Assembly (NCBI GenBank): GCA_002269645.1
Contig: NIVC01000755.1
Coordinates: 186,001-250,000, forward strand
Reading direction: 5' to 3'
DNA: 64,000 nucleotides
Source: Macrostomum lignano
Taxonomy: Eukaryota
Of the stretch, positions 1 through 14,747 are shown piece by piece. Position 1 is the first letter of the stretch, and every line of letters starts with the position of its first letter. The notes beneath the pieces were generated by a model. The model worked only from the letters and a program-made list of their open reading frames with translations, did not search any database and was not told the DNA's origin. The translations under genes were made by a program, and so were the position numbers.

Positions 1-376
1 GGTTACGCAATATAAATTGAGTACTGTGCTATGCTTTCACACTCAACGCTGTGACGCAATTCAATTGAGTGTCTTGTGTATTGTGATGCAATCTATTTCA
101 GAATCAGAATTCAACCAGTCAGTTTTTCTGCTAGCATTCTTACGATGCATTTCAAGTCGAAAGAGCTGCTTGACCTTTGCAAAAAAGCATGTTTTTCGAA
201 TATTTAATCCCTTTAGCATCAAGCAATTTCTTAGCCACGATGCATGTACTGTCACGGGAAAATTTCTGATCGAACAGTGCAAGTTCGAAGAAAATCGGTT
301 GAGCCGTTTTTGCTAAAATCGATCACACACACACACATACACACACACATACCGACAGACCATTTTTAGTATATGG
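1..376 (+). mobile_element. 3' part of a Helentron/DINE-1-like non-autonomous element (shared ~400-bp 3' module)
   Basis: The same module recurs at ~5095-5520 and ~10270-10630. It ends AAAATCGGTTGAGCCGTTTTT (hairpin), a (CA)n/ACAGAC microsatellite and CATTTTTAGTATAT. The superfamily call is from architecture only. Confidence 0.55.
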
Positions 377-514
377 ACTAGCAATCTTCGCCCCCCGTTG
401 GGGGACATCTGTATAGAATCTCTGTTCTCTACATGTAATAAGAAAATAGCCAAAAAAAGCTTTTACAAAGAAAACAGACAAACTACTCAAATGAAGTGCA
501 ATGCAAAAAGAAAT

Positions 515-870
515 CATCCCAAGACAGCAAGCATCACCCAGAGAGAAAGCATCCCCCAGATAGCAAGCATCACCCAGATAGCAAGCATCCCCCAGATAGC
601 AAGCATCCCCCAGATTGCAAGCATCCCCCGGATAGCAAGCATCCCCAGATAGCAAGCATCCCCAGATAGCAAGCATCACCCAAATAGCAAGCATCCCCAG
701 ATAGCAAGCATCCCCCAGATAGCAAGCATCACCCAAATAGCAAGCATCCCCAGATAGCAAGCATCCCCCAGATAGCAAGCATCCCCCAGATAGCAAGCAT
801 CCCCAAGATACAAGCTAGCAAGCATCCCCCAGATAGATAGCATCCCCAAATAGCAAGCATCCACCAGACA
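515..870. repeat. 17-18-bp minisatellite (CCCCAGATAGCAAGCAT)n
   Basis: Direct reading of tandem units. Confidence 0.95.
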
Positions 871-949
871 ATAAGTAGCTAGTGCGACAATTTCCTTAGC
901 ATTATAGTGGCTCCTTTAAAATTCGCTCACTTTTACGTTTGAAATTGTG

Positions 950-3900
950 TATCTTTTATGTTTGACATGGTGGCTCTTTTATGTTTGAAATGAAGTCACT
1001 TATATGTTTGACATGGTGAATCTTTTAAATGTTTTACAGGTTGGCTCTTTAAGTTTCAACATGGTGGCTCTTTTATGTTCGACATAGTGGCTCCTTTATG
1101 TTCGACATGGTGGCTCTTTTATATTAGAAATGGTGGCTCTTTTATGTTCGACATGGTGGTTCTTTCATGTTCGAAATGGTTGGCTCTTTTATGTTTGAAA
1201 TAAAGTCTCTTATATGTTCGACATGGTGGCTCTTTAATGTTCGACACGATGGAACTTTAATGTTTGATATGGTGGCTCTTTAATGTTTGACATGGTAGCT
1301 CTTTAATGTTCAACATGGTGGCTCTTTTATGTTTGAAATAAAGTCTCTTATATGTTTGACATGGTGGCTCTTTAATGTTCTACATGGTGGCTCTTTAATG
1401 TTAGACATGGAGTCACATATATGCTTTACATGGTGGTTCTTTTATGTTTGACATGGTGGCTCTTTAATATTTGACATGGTGGCTCTTTAATGTTTGGCAT
1501 GGTGGCTCTTTAATGTTTGACATGGTGGCTCTTTTATGTTTGACATGGTGGCTCTTTAATGTTTGGCATGGTGGCTCTTTAATGTTTGACATGGTGGCTC
1601 TTTTATGTTTGACATGGTGGCTCTTTAATGTTTGGCATGGTGGCTCTTTTATGTTTGACATGGTAACTTTTTAATGTTTGATATGTAGGCTCTTTAATTT
1701 TTGAAATGGTGGCTCCTTAATGTTCCACATGGTGGCTCTTTAATGTTGCACATGGAGTCATATATGCTTGACATGGTGGCTCTTCTATGTTTGATATGGT
1801 GGCTCTTTAATGTTCGACATGGTGGCTCTTTTATGTTTGACATGGTGGCTCTTTAATGTTCAACATGGTGGCTCTAATATTTGACATGCTGGCTCTTTAA
1901 TGTTTGACATGGTGGCTCTTTTATGTTTGACATGGTGGCTCTTTAATGTTTGACATGGTGGCTCTTTAATGTTTGGCATGGTGGCTCTTTTATGTTCAAC
2001 ATGGTGGCTCTAATGTTTGACATGGTGGCTCTTTTATGTTTAACATGGTGGCTCTTTTATGTTTGACATGGTGGCTCTTTAATGTTTGGCATGGTGGATC
2101 TTTAATGTTTGACATGGAGTAATGTATATGCTTGACGTGGTGGTTCTTTTATGGTTGACATGGTGGCTTTTTTATGTTTGACATGGCGGCTCTTTTATGT
2201 TTGGCATGGTGGATCTTTAATGTTTGACATGGAGTAATGTATATGCTTGACGTGGTGGTTCTTTTATGGTTGACATGGTGGCTTTTTTATGTTTGACATG
2301 GCGGCTCTTTTATGTTTGGCATGGTGGCTCTTTGATGTTCGACATGGTGGCTCAATAATGTTCGACATGGTGGCTCTTTAATGTTTGACATGGTAGTTCT
2401 TTTATGTTTGATATGGTGGCTCTTTTATGTTTGGCATGGTGGCTCTTTAATGTCTGACATGGTGGCTCAATAATGTTCAACATGGTGGCTCTTTAATGTT
2501 TGACATGGTAACTTTTTAATGTTTGATATGTAGGCTCTTTAATGTTTGACATGGTGGCTCTTTAATGTTCCACATGGTGGCTCTTCTATGTTCGATATGG
2601 GGGCTCTTTAATTTTTGACATGGTGGCTCCTTAATGTTCCACATGGTGGCTCTTTAATGTTGGACATGGAGTCATATATGCTTGACATTGTGGCTCTTCT
2701 ATGTTTGATATGGTGGCTCTTTAATGTTCGACATGGTGGCTCTTTTATGTTTGACATGGTGGCTCTTTAATGTTCAACATGGTGGCTCTAATGTTTGACA
2801 TGGTGGCTCTTTTATGTTTAACATGGTGGCTCTTTTATGTTTGACATGGTGGATGTTTAATGTTTGACATGGAGTAATGTATATGCTTGACGTGGTGGTT
2901 CTTTTATGGTTGACATGGTGGCTTTTTTATGTTTGACATGGCGGCTCTTTTATGTTTGGCATGGTGGCTCTTTGATGTTCGACATGGTGGCTCAATAATG
3001 TTCGACATGGTGGCTCTTTAATGTTTGACATGGTAGTTCTTTTATGTTTGATATGGTGGCTCTTTTATGTTTGGCATGATGGCTCTTTAATGTCTGACAT
3101 GGTGGCTCAATAATGTTCGACATAGTGGCTCTTTTATGTTTGACATGCTGGCTCTTTAATGTTTGACATGGTGGCTCTTTAATGTTTGGCATGGTGGCTC
3201 TTTAATGTTTGACATGGTGGCTCTTTTATGTTTGACATGGAGTAATGTATATGCTTGACGTGGTGGTTCTTTTATGGTTGACATGGTGGCTCTTTTATGT
3301 TCGACATGGTGGCTCTTTTTGTTTGGCATGGTGGCTCTTTAATGTTTGGCATGGTGGCTCTTTAATGTTTGACATGGTGGCTCTTTAATATTTGACATGG
3401 TGGCCCTTTTATGTTCGACATGGTGGCTCTTTAATGTTTGACATGGTGGCTCTTTACTTTTCGAAATGGTGGCTCTGTTTTATGTTTGACATGGTGGCTC
3501 TTTAATGTTTGACATGGTGGCTCTTTAATGTTCGACATGGTGGCTCTTTAATGTTTTTATTTGTGTCTGTTTTATGTTTGACATGTTGGCTCTTTAATGT
3601 TCGACATGGTGGCTCTTTAATGTTTGACATGGTAGTTCTTTTATGTTTGATATGGTGGCTCTTTTATGTTCGACATGGTGGCTCTTTTATGTTCGACATG
3701 ATGGCTCTTTAATGTTCGACATGGTGGCTTTTTAAGGTTTGAAATGGTGGCTCTTTTGTGTTTGACATTGTGGCTCTTTAATGTTTGACATGGTGGCTTT
3801 CTATGTTTGACATGGTAGCACTTTAATCTTCGACATGGTGGCTCTTTAATTTTTGACATTGTGGCTCTTTAATGTTTGATATGGTGGTTCTTTTATGTTT

Positions 3901-4860
3901 GACATGGTGGCTCTTTAATGTTCGACATGGTGTCTGTTTTATGTTTGACATGGTGGCTCTTTAATGTTCGACATGGTGGCTCTTTAATGTTTGACATGGT
4001 AGTTCTATTATGTTTGATATGGTGGCTCTTTTATGTTCGACATGGTGGCTCTTTAATGTTCGACATGGTGGCTCTTTAAGGTTTGAAATGGTGGCTCTTT
4101 TGTGTTTGACATTGTGGCTCTTTAATTTTTGACATTGTGGCTCTTTAATGTTTGATATGGTGGCTCTTTTATGTTTGGCATGGTGGCTCTTTAATGTTTC
4201 GACATGGTGGCTCTTTAATGTTCTTAATGGTGTCTGTTTTATGTTTGACATTGTGGCTCTTTAATGTTTGATATGGTGGCTCTTTTATGTTTGGCATGGT
4301 GGCTCTTTAATGTTTCGACATGGTGGCTCTTTAATGTTCTTAATAGTGTCTGTTTTATGTTTGACATGGTGGCTTTTTAATGTTCGACATGGTGGCTCTT
4401 TAATGTTCTTAATGGTAACTCTTTTTGTTTGAAATGGTGGCTCTTTTGTTTGACATGGTGGCTCTTTAATGTTTTACATGGTGGCTCTTTAATGTTTGAC
4501 ATGGTGACTCTTTTATGTTCTACATGGTAGATCTTTTATGTTCGACATGGTGGCTCTTTAATGTTTGATAAGGTGGCTCTTTAATGTTCGACATGGTGGC
4601 TCTTTTAGGTTTGAAATGGTGGCTCTTTAATGTTTGACATGGTGGTTTTTTAATGTTCGACATGGTGGCTCTTTAATGTTCTTAATGGTGTCTGTTTTAT
4701 GTTTGACATTGTGGCTCTTTAATGTTTCGACATGGTGGCTCTTTAATGTTCGACATGGTGGCTCTTTAATGTTCTTAATGGTAACTCTTTTTTGTTCGAA
4801 ATGGTGGCTCTTTTATGTTTGACATGGTGGCTCTTGTATGTTTGACATTGCGCTTCTTTT
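950..4860. repeat. 22-23-bp minisatellite (ATGTTTGACATGGTGGCTCTTT[T/A])n
   Basis: About 3.9 kb of tandem units with variant blocks. Confidence 0.97.
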
Positions 4861-4909
4861 ATGTTTAGCAGTTTTTTGTTTTTAAGGTGTTTTAATAAAA
4901 AAATCATTT

Positions 4910-4977
4910 TGCGCTACCAAGATTCGAACCCAGGTCGCTACATTAGCAGTCCAGTCTGTTCGCATCTAGGCTATCTT
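4910..4977 (-). pseudogene. Degenerate tRNA-derived sequence (SINE-head-like, Ser-GCT-like loop)
   Basis: Minus strand reads TAGCCTAGATG (A-box-like), CTGCTAA (anticodon-loop-like) and GGTTCGAATC (B box). The acceptor stem is not intact. Confidence 0.5.
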
Positions 4978-5746
4978 TTTACAATTGGAGCACATGAATT
5001 GTGGCCCTTATAATTCAATTCTTACAGCAAGTCGGTTAGAGTAAAATTTTATGACATAATGAATTTCTCAGTCAGCCAGTATCAGTCTTAATTTAAGTTA
5101 GCAATATTGTTACGCAATTTTAATCAAGTCTTGTGTGCGTTTCTGTGGCACTGTTTTCACCTTGTTGTGATGCAATCTTTATCACAATTGAAATTCATCC
5201 AGTCAGTTTTTTCTCTAGCATTCTTACAATGCATTTCAAGTCGAAAATTTTGCTTGACCTTTGCAAAAAAGCATGTTTTTCGAATATTTAATCCCTTTAA
5301 AATTGAGCAATTTCTTAGCCAAGATGCATGTACCGTCCCAGGAAATTTTCTGATCGAATGGTGCAAGTTTGAAGAAAATCGGTTGAGCCATTTTTTCCGA
5401 AATCTATCGCATACCTACCCACATACAGACAACTCATTTTTAGTATATAGGATTTTCTCTAATCGATCACATAGATAGATAGATAGATAGACACAGACAG
5501 ACCATTTTTAGTATATAGGACTAGCAATCTACGCCCCCCGTTGGGGAGCCAAAGAAATGCAATCGCTACACGTTTTTTTAATAAGCTACATGTATCCTTG
5601 AAATCTTAAAAAATCTCCTGTCAAACCTTGTAAGCCTTGACATGTCAGTAATTCCCCACCACAAGCTTTAACATATCAACTCCCCCCTTGACATCTCAGC
5701 AATGCCCCCAATAAGCCTTGGAAATCTAAAAATATCTGTCAACCTT

Positions 5747-5814
5747 CTAACCCTAACCCTAGCCTAACCCTAACCCTAACCCTAACCCTAACCCTAACCC
5801 TAACCTAACCCTAA
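5747..5814. repeat. Interstitial telomere-type repeat (CCCTAA)n
   Basis: About 11 near-perfect units. Homologous tract at 15271-15361. Confidence 0.9.
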
Positions 5815-6729
5815 AGCATTGACATTTCAGTAATTCTCTCTAAGAGTCATTATAGCACTGCTACAGCATTATAGCGATTTCCTGCAAGCCTCGACATCGT
5901 AGGGATTCCCAAATGAATCTCTTAACTTCGACATGAAGCTTCTTTTATTTTTTACATTACGCTTTTTTATCAGCGATCCCTCCCCTGAGGAGGCATCAAA
6001 TAATGTAATAAAAAGTTTTCAATAAACTTTACATGATTGTTTACATGTAGCTTCTGACTTTAGCTTTGAAATCTCATTTATACCCCGTGAGCCTTGACAT
6101 CTCAGCTATTCCCCCCGTAAGCCTTGACATGTCAGCGATGGCCTCCATAAACCTTGAAATCTGAAAAATCCCCGTTAACCTTGAAACCCGATAAAATATA
6201 ACCCTCAACCCACACCTGACCTAAACCTAACTTTAACCCAACCTAAAGCCTTGAATCTCAGCAATTCTTCTCCCCTAAGCCTTGACATTTTAGTGATTCC
6301 TTCTTTAAGAATCACAGCACTGTAACGATTCCCTCCAAGCTTTGACATCATAGCAATTCCCAAATGAATCTTTTAACTTCGACATGACTTTTCTTTTATG
6401 TATACATAGTGCTACTTTTATTTTTTACATGACTCTTCTTCTATCAGCGACCCCCCCCGTGGCGAGCCAACAAAGAATGTAATAAAAAAATTGAGTAAAG
6501 TACATGAACTTTGAAGTAGCTTCTGACTTTTGCTTTGACATCTCAGCAACCCCCCCCCGTAATCTCAGTTATTCTCTGAGAGCCTTAACGTCTCAGTTTT
6601 TCTCCCCAGCACAGCATTATAGCTGCATTTATTTTTACATGACACCCTTCATGTCTGACATGACGCTTCTTTTATTCTACCATGATGCTTCTTAATTTTT
6701 TAAATGACACTTTCCTTAGTTTTTAAATG

Positions 6730-9700
6730 AGGCTTCTATGATTTTTTCATGACGCTTCTATGATTTTAACATGACGCTTCTATGACTTTTTTTACATGAC
6801 GCTTCTATGATTTTTTCTTGACGCTTCTATAATTTTTACATGACGCTTCTATGATTTTTTACATGACGCTTCTATGATTGTTTACATGACGCTTCTCTGA
6901 TTGTTTACATGACGCTTCTATGATTTTTTATAATAACGCTTTCTATGATTTTTAAATGACGCTTCTACGATTTTTTACATGACGCTTCTATGATTGTTTA
7001 CATGACGCTTCTATGATTGTTTACATGACGCTTCTATGATTTTTACATGACGCTTCTATGATTGTTTACATGACGCTTCTATGATTGTTTACATGACGCT
7101 TCTATGATTCATTACATGACGCTTCTATGATTTTTTACATGACGCTTCTATGATTGTTTACATGACGCTTCTATGATTGTTTACATGACGCTTCTATGAT
7201 TGTTTACATGACGCATCTATGATTTTTATGACGCTCTATGATTTTATATGACGCTTCTATGATTTTTACATGACGCTTCTATGATTGTTTACATGACGCT
7301 TCTATGATTTTTTACATGGCGCTTCTATGATTGTTTACATGACGCTTCTATGATTGTTTCATGACGCTTCTATGATTGTTTACATGACGCTTCTATGATT
7401 GTTTCATGACGCTTCTATGATTGTTTACATGACGCTTCTATGATTTTTATATGACGCTTCTATGATTGTTTACATGACGCTTCTATGATTTTTATATGAC
7501 GCTTCTATCATTTTTACATAACGCTTCTATGATTTTTATATGACGCTTCTATGATTGTTTACATGATGCTTCTATGATTTTTACATGGCGCTTCTATGAT
7601 TGTTTACATGACGCTTCTATGATTGTTTACATGACGCTTCTAGATTGTTTACATGACGCTTCTATGATTGTTTACATGACGCTTCTAGATTGTTTACATA
7701 ACGCTTCTAGGATTGTTTACATGACGCTTCTATGATTGTTTACATGACGCTTCTATGATTGTTTCATGACGCTTCTATGATTGTTTACATGACGCTTCTA
7801 TGATTGTTTACATGACGCTTCTACGATTTTGGCAGGATGATTCTATGATTTTACATGACGCTTCTATGATTTTTACATGACGCTTCTATGATTGTTTACA
7901 TGACGCTTCTATGATTCATTACATGACGCTTCTATGATTTTTTACATGACGCTTCTATGATTGTTTACATGACGCTTCTATGATTGTTTACATGACGCTT
8001 CTATGATTGTTTACATGACGCTTCTATGATTTTTATATGACGCTTCTATGATTTTTATATGACGCTTCTATGATTTTTACATGACGCTTCTATGATTGTT
8101 TACATGACGCTTCTATGATTTTTTACATGACGCTTCTATGATTGTTTACATGACGCTTCTATGATTGTTTCATGACGCTTCTATGATTGTTTACATGACG
8201 CTTCTATGATTGTTTCATGACGCTTCTATGATTGTTTACATGACGCTTCTATGATTTTTATATGACGCTTCTATGATTGTTTACATGACCCTACTATGAT
8301 TTTTTATATGACGCTTCTATCATTTTTACATACGCTTCTATGATTTTTATATGACGCTTCTATGATTGTTTACATGATGCTTCTATGATTTTTACATGGC
8401 GCTTCTATGATTGTTTACATGACGCTTCTATGATTGTTTACATGACGCTTCTAGATTGTTTACATGACGCTTCTATGATTGTTTACATGACGCTTCTAGG
8501 ATTGTTTACATAACGCTTCTAGATTGTTTACATGACGCTTCTATGACTGTTTACATGACGCTTCTATGATTGTTTCATGACGCTTCTATGATTGTTTACA
8601 TGACGCTTTAAGGATTTTTTACATGACGCTTCTACGATTTTGGCAGGATGATTCTATGATTTTACATGACGCTTCTATGATTTTTACATGACGCTTCTAT
8701 GATTTTTTACATGACGCTTCTACGATTTTGGCAGGACGATTCTACGATTTTACATGACGCTTCTATGATTTTTACATGACGCTTCTATGATTTTACATGA
8801 CGCTTCTATGATTTTTACATGACGCTTCTACGATTTTTACATGACGCTTCTATGATTTTTTACATGACGCTTCTATGATTGTTTCATGACGCTTCTATGA
8901 TTTTTACATGACGCTTCTATGATTGTTTACATTCTTCTGTGCTTGTTTACATGACGCTTCTATGATTGTTTAAATGACGCTTGAATGATTGTTTACATGA
9001 CGCTTTTATGATTTTTACATGGCGCTTCTATGATTGTTTACATGACGCTTCTATGATTGTTTACATGACGCTTCTATGATTGTTTACATGACGCTTCTAT
9101 GATTGTTTACATGACGCTTCTATGATTTTTACATGACGTTTCTATGATTGTTTCATGACGCTTCTATGATTGTTTACATGACGCTTCTATGATTTTTACA
9201 TGACGCTTCTATGATTGTTTACATGGCGCTTCTAAGATTGTTTACATGACGCTTCTATGATTGTTTCATGACGCTTCTATGATTGTTTACATGACGCTTC
9301 TATGATTTTGACATGACGCTTCTATGATTGTTTACATGACGCTTCTATGATTTTTACATGACGCTTCTATGCTTGTTTACATGACGCTTCTATGATTGTT
9401 TACATGACGCTTCTATGATTTTTACATGACGCTTCTATGATTGTTTAAATGACGCTTGAATGATTGTTTACATGACGCTTCTATGATTGTTTAAATGACG
9501 CTTGAATGATTGTTTACATGACGCTTTTATGATTTTTACTTGGCGCTTCTATGATTGTTTACATGACGCTTCTATGATTGTTTACATGACGCTTCTAGGA
9601 TTGTTTACATGACGCTTCTATGATTGTTTACATGACGCTTCTAGGATTGTTTACATGACGCTTCTAGATTGTTTACATGACGCTTCTATGATTGTTTACA

Positions 9701-10070
9701 TGACGCTTCTATGATTGTTTCATGACGCTTCTATGATTGTTTACATGACGCTTCTATGATTTTTACATGACGCTTCTATGATTGTTTATATGACGCTTCT
9801 ATGATTGTTTACATGACGCTTCTATGATTGTTTCATGACGCTTCTATGATTGTTTCATGACGCTTCTATGATTGTTTACATGACGCTTCTATGATTTTGA
9901 CATGACGCTTCTATGATTGTTTACATGACGCTTCTATGATTGTTTACATGACGCTTCTATGATTTTTACATGGCGCTTCTATGATTGTTTACATGCTTCT
10001 ATGATTTTTTAAATGACGCATCTATGATTTTTATATGACGCTTCTATGATTTTTACATGACGCTTCTTTT
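6730..10070. repeat. 22-23-bp minisatellite (ACATGACGCTTCTATGATTGTTT)n
   Basis: Direct reading. Same family as 16270-18472. Confidence 0.97.
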
Positions 10071-10629
10071 TAAAAAGTCTTTTAGTTTTCCTGACGTTGA
10101 AAAGCTTTAATTGAAAAAATTATATTCTATGAAAATTCGAACCATCGTCGCTGCATTTATCAAATTTTGCACATATATATATAATTCAACAGTTTAAAAT
10201 CCAAGCATAGAGTAAATCACACGAAGCAGTTATGACATAATCAGTTTCTCAGTCAGTCAGTATCAGTTAACAATATGGTTACGCAATTTAAATCAAGTCT
10301 GGTGCTACGCTTCCACACTGCATTTTCAATTCAAGTCGGAGTTACAATTCAGTTATGATGCAATATATTTCAGAGTCAGAATTCAACCAGTCAGTTTTTT
10401 CTCTAGCATTCTTACAATGCATTTCAAGTCGAAAAGTTTGCTTGACCTTTGCAAAAAAGCATGTTTTTCGTATATTTAATGCCTTTAGCATCGAGCAATT
10501 TCTTAGCCACGATGCATGTACCGTCACGGGAAAATTTCTGATCGAACAGTGCAAGTTCGAACAAAATCGGTCCAGCCATTTTTTCTCTAATCTATCACAT
10601 ATATATAGACATCACATTTTTAGTATATA

Positions 10630-13408
10630 CGAGGCCAACTCCTCCTCTGGAGGAGAAAGGGGAAGAATTCCCATCACCGGAACTCCATTCCCTGAAATGC
10701 TATTCCCTGAATCCCATCATCCAACTCCTCTCCGCGAAACTGAACATCATCGAAATCCTCTCCGTAAAAGAGAACTCCATCAAACACCTCTCCGTGAAAC
10801 TGACATTCATCAAAATCCTCTCCGAGAAACAGAAATCCTTTCCGTGAAACTGGACTCCATGGAAATCCTCTGCGTGAAACTGACATCCATCAAAATCGTC
10901 TCCGCGAAACAGAAATTCTCTCCATAAAACTGGACTGAATTGAAATTTTCTCCGTCAAAAAGAATCAACTCTCAGGATTTAGTGGTTAGGGTTAGGGTTA
11001 GGGTTAGAGCTACAACGCAGCAGCGTGTTGAAAGGCGCCGATAAAAAATTGAACCAATTGAATTCATTGAATGCGCAACCGATTTCACAGTCAGTCAGTA
11101 TCAGTCTCGGTAAAAGTTAACAAAAAGATTGCGCAAACTAAATCAACCCTCCAATACACAGCGACTGACCCCCTTCCAATACGCAGTGGCAATTAAAAGT
11201 TGAACCCCCCCCCCTCCCACCAACTGTTGGGGGGGTTGGTCGAACCCCCATTGAACTCCAGAATGAGTACACTGCAGAAAGTTAAAAGTATGGAAATCGT
11301 TTTTTAAATGCTGTGCTTTTTTGTTTGCACATTTAAAGCAAACAACTTATATCCCCGAACTGAGTATTGCAAGATCTTTCCAGCAATATAAGTCTCTCCT
11401 CTGAAAGTTTAAAACTCGAGGAACAGTTAGCGTTTGAAATTTCCTGATTTAAAGCATTGAAGTATCGAGTGTACGTTCACTGCCTGCTAAAGAGGCTCGC
11501 AAGTTTATTCATTGAATTTTACTGCCCAGCAAATACACATGGCTGCCTATTGAATGTCGCCGATAATAAAACCAATTAAATCTCGACACAGTCCTAGCTA
11601 TCTCCTTACACTGTACAACTGCTATGTACACTCAGCCCAAGCCCAACTCCCCATTTCGGGGGGAATCGTTAAATTTAATTGAACCCCGCGGGGGAGGGTT
11701 ATTTGCATTGAACGCGGAACACGCGCACCCACCACCCCTCAATACACAGCGGCCCGCGGGCGGAGGTTGGGGTGGCTATTTTTACAAACTGGCTGCAGCC
11801 CCAGGCAGAGTGGCCAAAGAAGGTTATTGAGGGTTAAAAAAAAAACAGTTTTCTGCTTTTTAGGGATCTTAAAATGTAAAAATGAAAGATTAAAATAGCT
11901 ATAAACCCAATCCGGAAAATTTGCAGTTTTCCCAAATAAGTTTCAACGCTGACTTGCCAGTAGTCTAGGAGAAAAATTGCAACACACAAACAAACATCGC
12001 ACCAGTTTTAGTATTAACGAGGCCAACTCCTCCTCTGGAGGAGAAAGGGGAAGAATTCCCATCACCGGAACTCCATTCCCTGAAATGCCATTCCCTGAAT
12101 CCCATCATCCAACTCCTCTCCGCGAAACTGAACATCATCGAAATCCTCTCCGTAAAAGATAACTCCATCAAACACCTCTCCGTGAAACTGACATTCATCA
12201 AAATCCTCTCCGAGAAACAGAAATCCTCTCCGTTAAACTGGACTTCATGGAAATCCTCTGCGTGAAACTGACATCCATCAAAATCGTCTCCGCGAAACAG
12301 AAATTCTCTCCTTAAAACTGGACTGAATCGAAATTTTCTCCGTCAAAAAGAATCAACTCTCAGGATTTAGTGGTTAGGGTTAGGGTTAGGGTTAGAGCTA
12401 CAACGCAGCAGCGTGTTGAAAGGCGCCGATAAAAAATTGAACCAATTAAATTCATTGAATGCGCAACCGATTTCACAGTCAGTCAGTATCAGTCTCGGTA
12501 AAAGTTAACAAAAAGATTGCGCAAACTAAATCAACCCTTCAATACACAGCGACTGACCCCCTTCCGCAGTGGCAATTAAAAGTTGAACCGCCCCTCCCCT
12601 CCCACCAACTGTTCGGGGGTTGGTCGAACCCCCATTGAACTCCAAAATGAGTAACACTGCAGAAAGTTAAAAGTATGGAAATCGTTTTTTAAATGCTGTG
12701 CTTTTTGTTTTCACATTTAAAGCAAACAACTTATATCCCGAACTCAGCGTTGCAAGATCTTTCCAGCAATGTAAGTCTCTCCTCTGAAAGTGTAAAACTT
12801 GAGGAACAGTTAGCGTTTGAAATTTCCTGATTTAAAGCATTGAAGTATCGAGTGTACGTTCACTGCCTGCTAAAGAGGCTCGCAAGTTTATTCAATGAAT
12901 TTTACTGCCCAGCAAATACACATGGCTGCCTATTGAATGGCGCCGATAATAAAACCAATTAAATCTCGACACAGTCCTAGCTATCTCCTTACACTGTACA
13001 ACTTCTATGTACACTCAGCCCAAGCCCAACCCCCCATTCCGGGGGGAATCGTTAAATTTAATTGAACCCCTAACACGCGGGGGGGGGTTTGCATTGAACG
13101 CGGAACACGCGCACTCACCCCCCCCCCAAAAACACAGCGACCCGCGGGCGGAGGTTGGGGTGGCTATTTTTACAAACTGGCTGCAGCCCCAGGCAGAGTG
13201 GCCAAAGAAGGTTATTGAGGGTTAAAAAAACAGTTTTCTGCTTTTTTAGGGATCTTAAAATGTAAAAATGAAAGAGTAAAATAGCTATAAACCCAATCCG
13301 GAAAATTTGCAGTTTTCCCATATAAGTTTCAACGCTGACTTGCCAGTAGTCTAGGAGAAAAATTGCAACACACAAACAAACATCGCACCACTTTTAGTAT
13401 TAAGAGAG
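10630..13408 (+). mobile_element. Tandem pair (period ~1388 bp) of a second Helentron-like element type
   Basis: 10630-12017 and 12018-13408 are near-identical. Each starts with a CTCCTCC-TCT-GGAGGAG hairpin, has 22-bp degenerate repeats and (TTAGGG)3-4 (10985-11007; 12373-12395), and ends CACAAACAAACATCGCACCA..TTTTAGTATT. Confidence 0.55.
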
Positions 13409-13486
13409 GATTTGCAGTCAAGTCAAAGTCAACCTAACTAGCTCAACGCAAACAGTAACGCGTACAGTCCAGCTTGACTCTATATA

Positions 13487-13762
13487 CTCAGCAACATTGA
13501 AAAGTCGCCACTCTATGCGCCAGTGATCAATTTCTCTTGGACTATTCTGAAATAAAAGATGCCAGAAAAACTGATCGGGGTAGCTTTAATCCGTCCAAAC
13601 CTCGCACACCGCTCCCCCACTCCATTCCTCAACTCAAGTCTGCCGGTGGCGTAGCTGAGTTGCGTCACTCGCAAATATTGAGAAAGACTTTACCTGCACT
13701 CTCTCAAAAGTGGCGACCACAGACGGAATCTTCTGTGATGCCGACTTTTCAATGTTGCTGAG
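13487..13762. mobile_element. 276-bp MITE-like element (24-bp TIR, TA flanks) in the 5S-SL spacer
   Basis: CTCAGCAACATTGAAAAGTCG(C/G)CA inverted at both ends, flanked by TA. Confidence 0.75.
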
Positions 13763-14068
13763 TATAATTAATTCATTGTTGGCGCCATCAACAAAGTTGT
13801 ACATGTACATATGCACATCCGCACGCATAGAGCGATCTAAGAAATTACATTTGATTATTGCAACTCGAAGAGATCTAGTATAGCCTGCACTCTGTACACG
13901 GCGATGCATATGCGCGCTATATCATGCTATGCTATGCTATGGTGCAACAACTAATTTACAACTTGCGGGTAAATAGAATATGTTTAAAATAATAGTAGGA
14001 CACGCTAAATCCAGAATTGCAATCAACCAACTATAATTAATTAATGTTTGTCTTTAGCTTTGTTAGGC

Positions 14069-14179
14069 AGCCGCGGTAGCGCGGCTTGTCAAAAATTGAG
14101 TAGACCGCTCAATTGGATCCACGCGGTGTCTTACCATGCAAAATTAAGAGTCTTCGCAGTAAGAGACCGTCGATACGGC
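14069..14179 (-). ncRNA. Spliced-leader RNA gene (leader variant ...TCTTAATTTTGCATG)
   Basis: 45-nt exon ending ATG, GTAAG donor, Sm site AATTTTTGA, terminal hairpin AGCCGCG-CTAC-CGCGGCT. Confidence 0.88.
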
Positions 14180-14747
14180 AAAGAGACGAGCTGGAACCAG
14201 CTCTCACTGATTGCACAGCTCTCCGTTTGAGCCTCGAGCCCTAGGGCAAATTATTTTGTTGAACTTTATCTACTCCAAGTAAGTTTTGACGACTAGTGCA
14301 GCATTATTTTGCACTACAGCTTGAAAAGAGCTGCGCGAAAAAGTATTTCTTTCTTTTAGCCGACATGTTTAGAAAGTGTGCACACAAACGCGCCGCCTAA
14401 TTGATTGATTAATTGATTGCTGCTATAAATCAAGTAAAATTGCCATGTGAGAGATGGAGATACTCGTAAAACTATTAATACACAGTTCATAAGTGCATTA
14501 GCGTTGCCGCGTGCTAATGCAAAGTGCGCATACAAAATATGAAACGCGAATCGAATCCCTTGACTTGATGGAGTGAGTGGAGTGGAACTCGAAAGGAATC
14601 AGCAGACCTATGCCGTATGGTAAAAATTCAAGCAGCATCCGGTTGGCGGGCGCGGGCGGATTGGTGGGCCTGGGCCTAAGTATTAATGCAGTAGCAGCAG
14701 CTGGAGTTAGTTGATGAGCGCGCGGCATGCAGTTAAAGAGGCAAAAA

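Larger units (their letters stand above)
377..5519 (+). mobile_element. Helentron-like non-autonomous element B carrying two internal minisatellites
   Basis: Starts ACTAGCAATCTTCGCCCCCCGTTGGGGG (CCCCC/GGGGG hairpin) and ends with the shared 3' module and TTTTAGTATATAGG. It abuts the next element head-to-tail. Confidence 0.55.
5520..10629 (+). mobile_element. Helentron-like non-autonomous element C
   Basis: Starts ACTAGCAATCTACGCCCCCCGTTGGGGAGCC. Contains (CCCTAA)n, degenerate CCTTGACATCTCAGC repeats, a 3.3-kb minisatellite and the shared 3' module. Confidence 0.55.

Noticed and set aside
17-316. Recurring 'KKHVFRIFN' ORFs (also 5107-5478, 10355-10927)
   Set aside because: Non-coding 3' module of the repeated element; the frames are not conserved in length or start.
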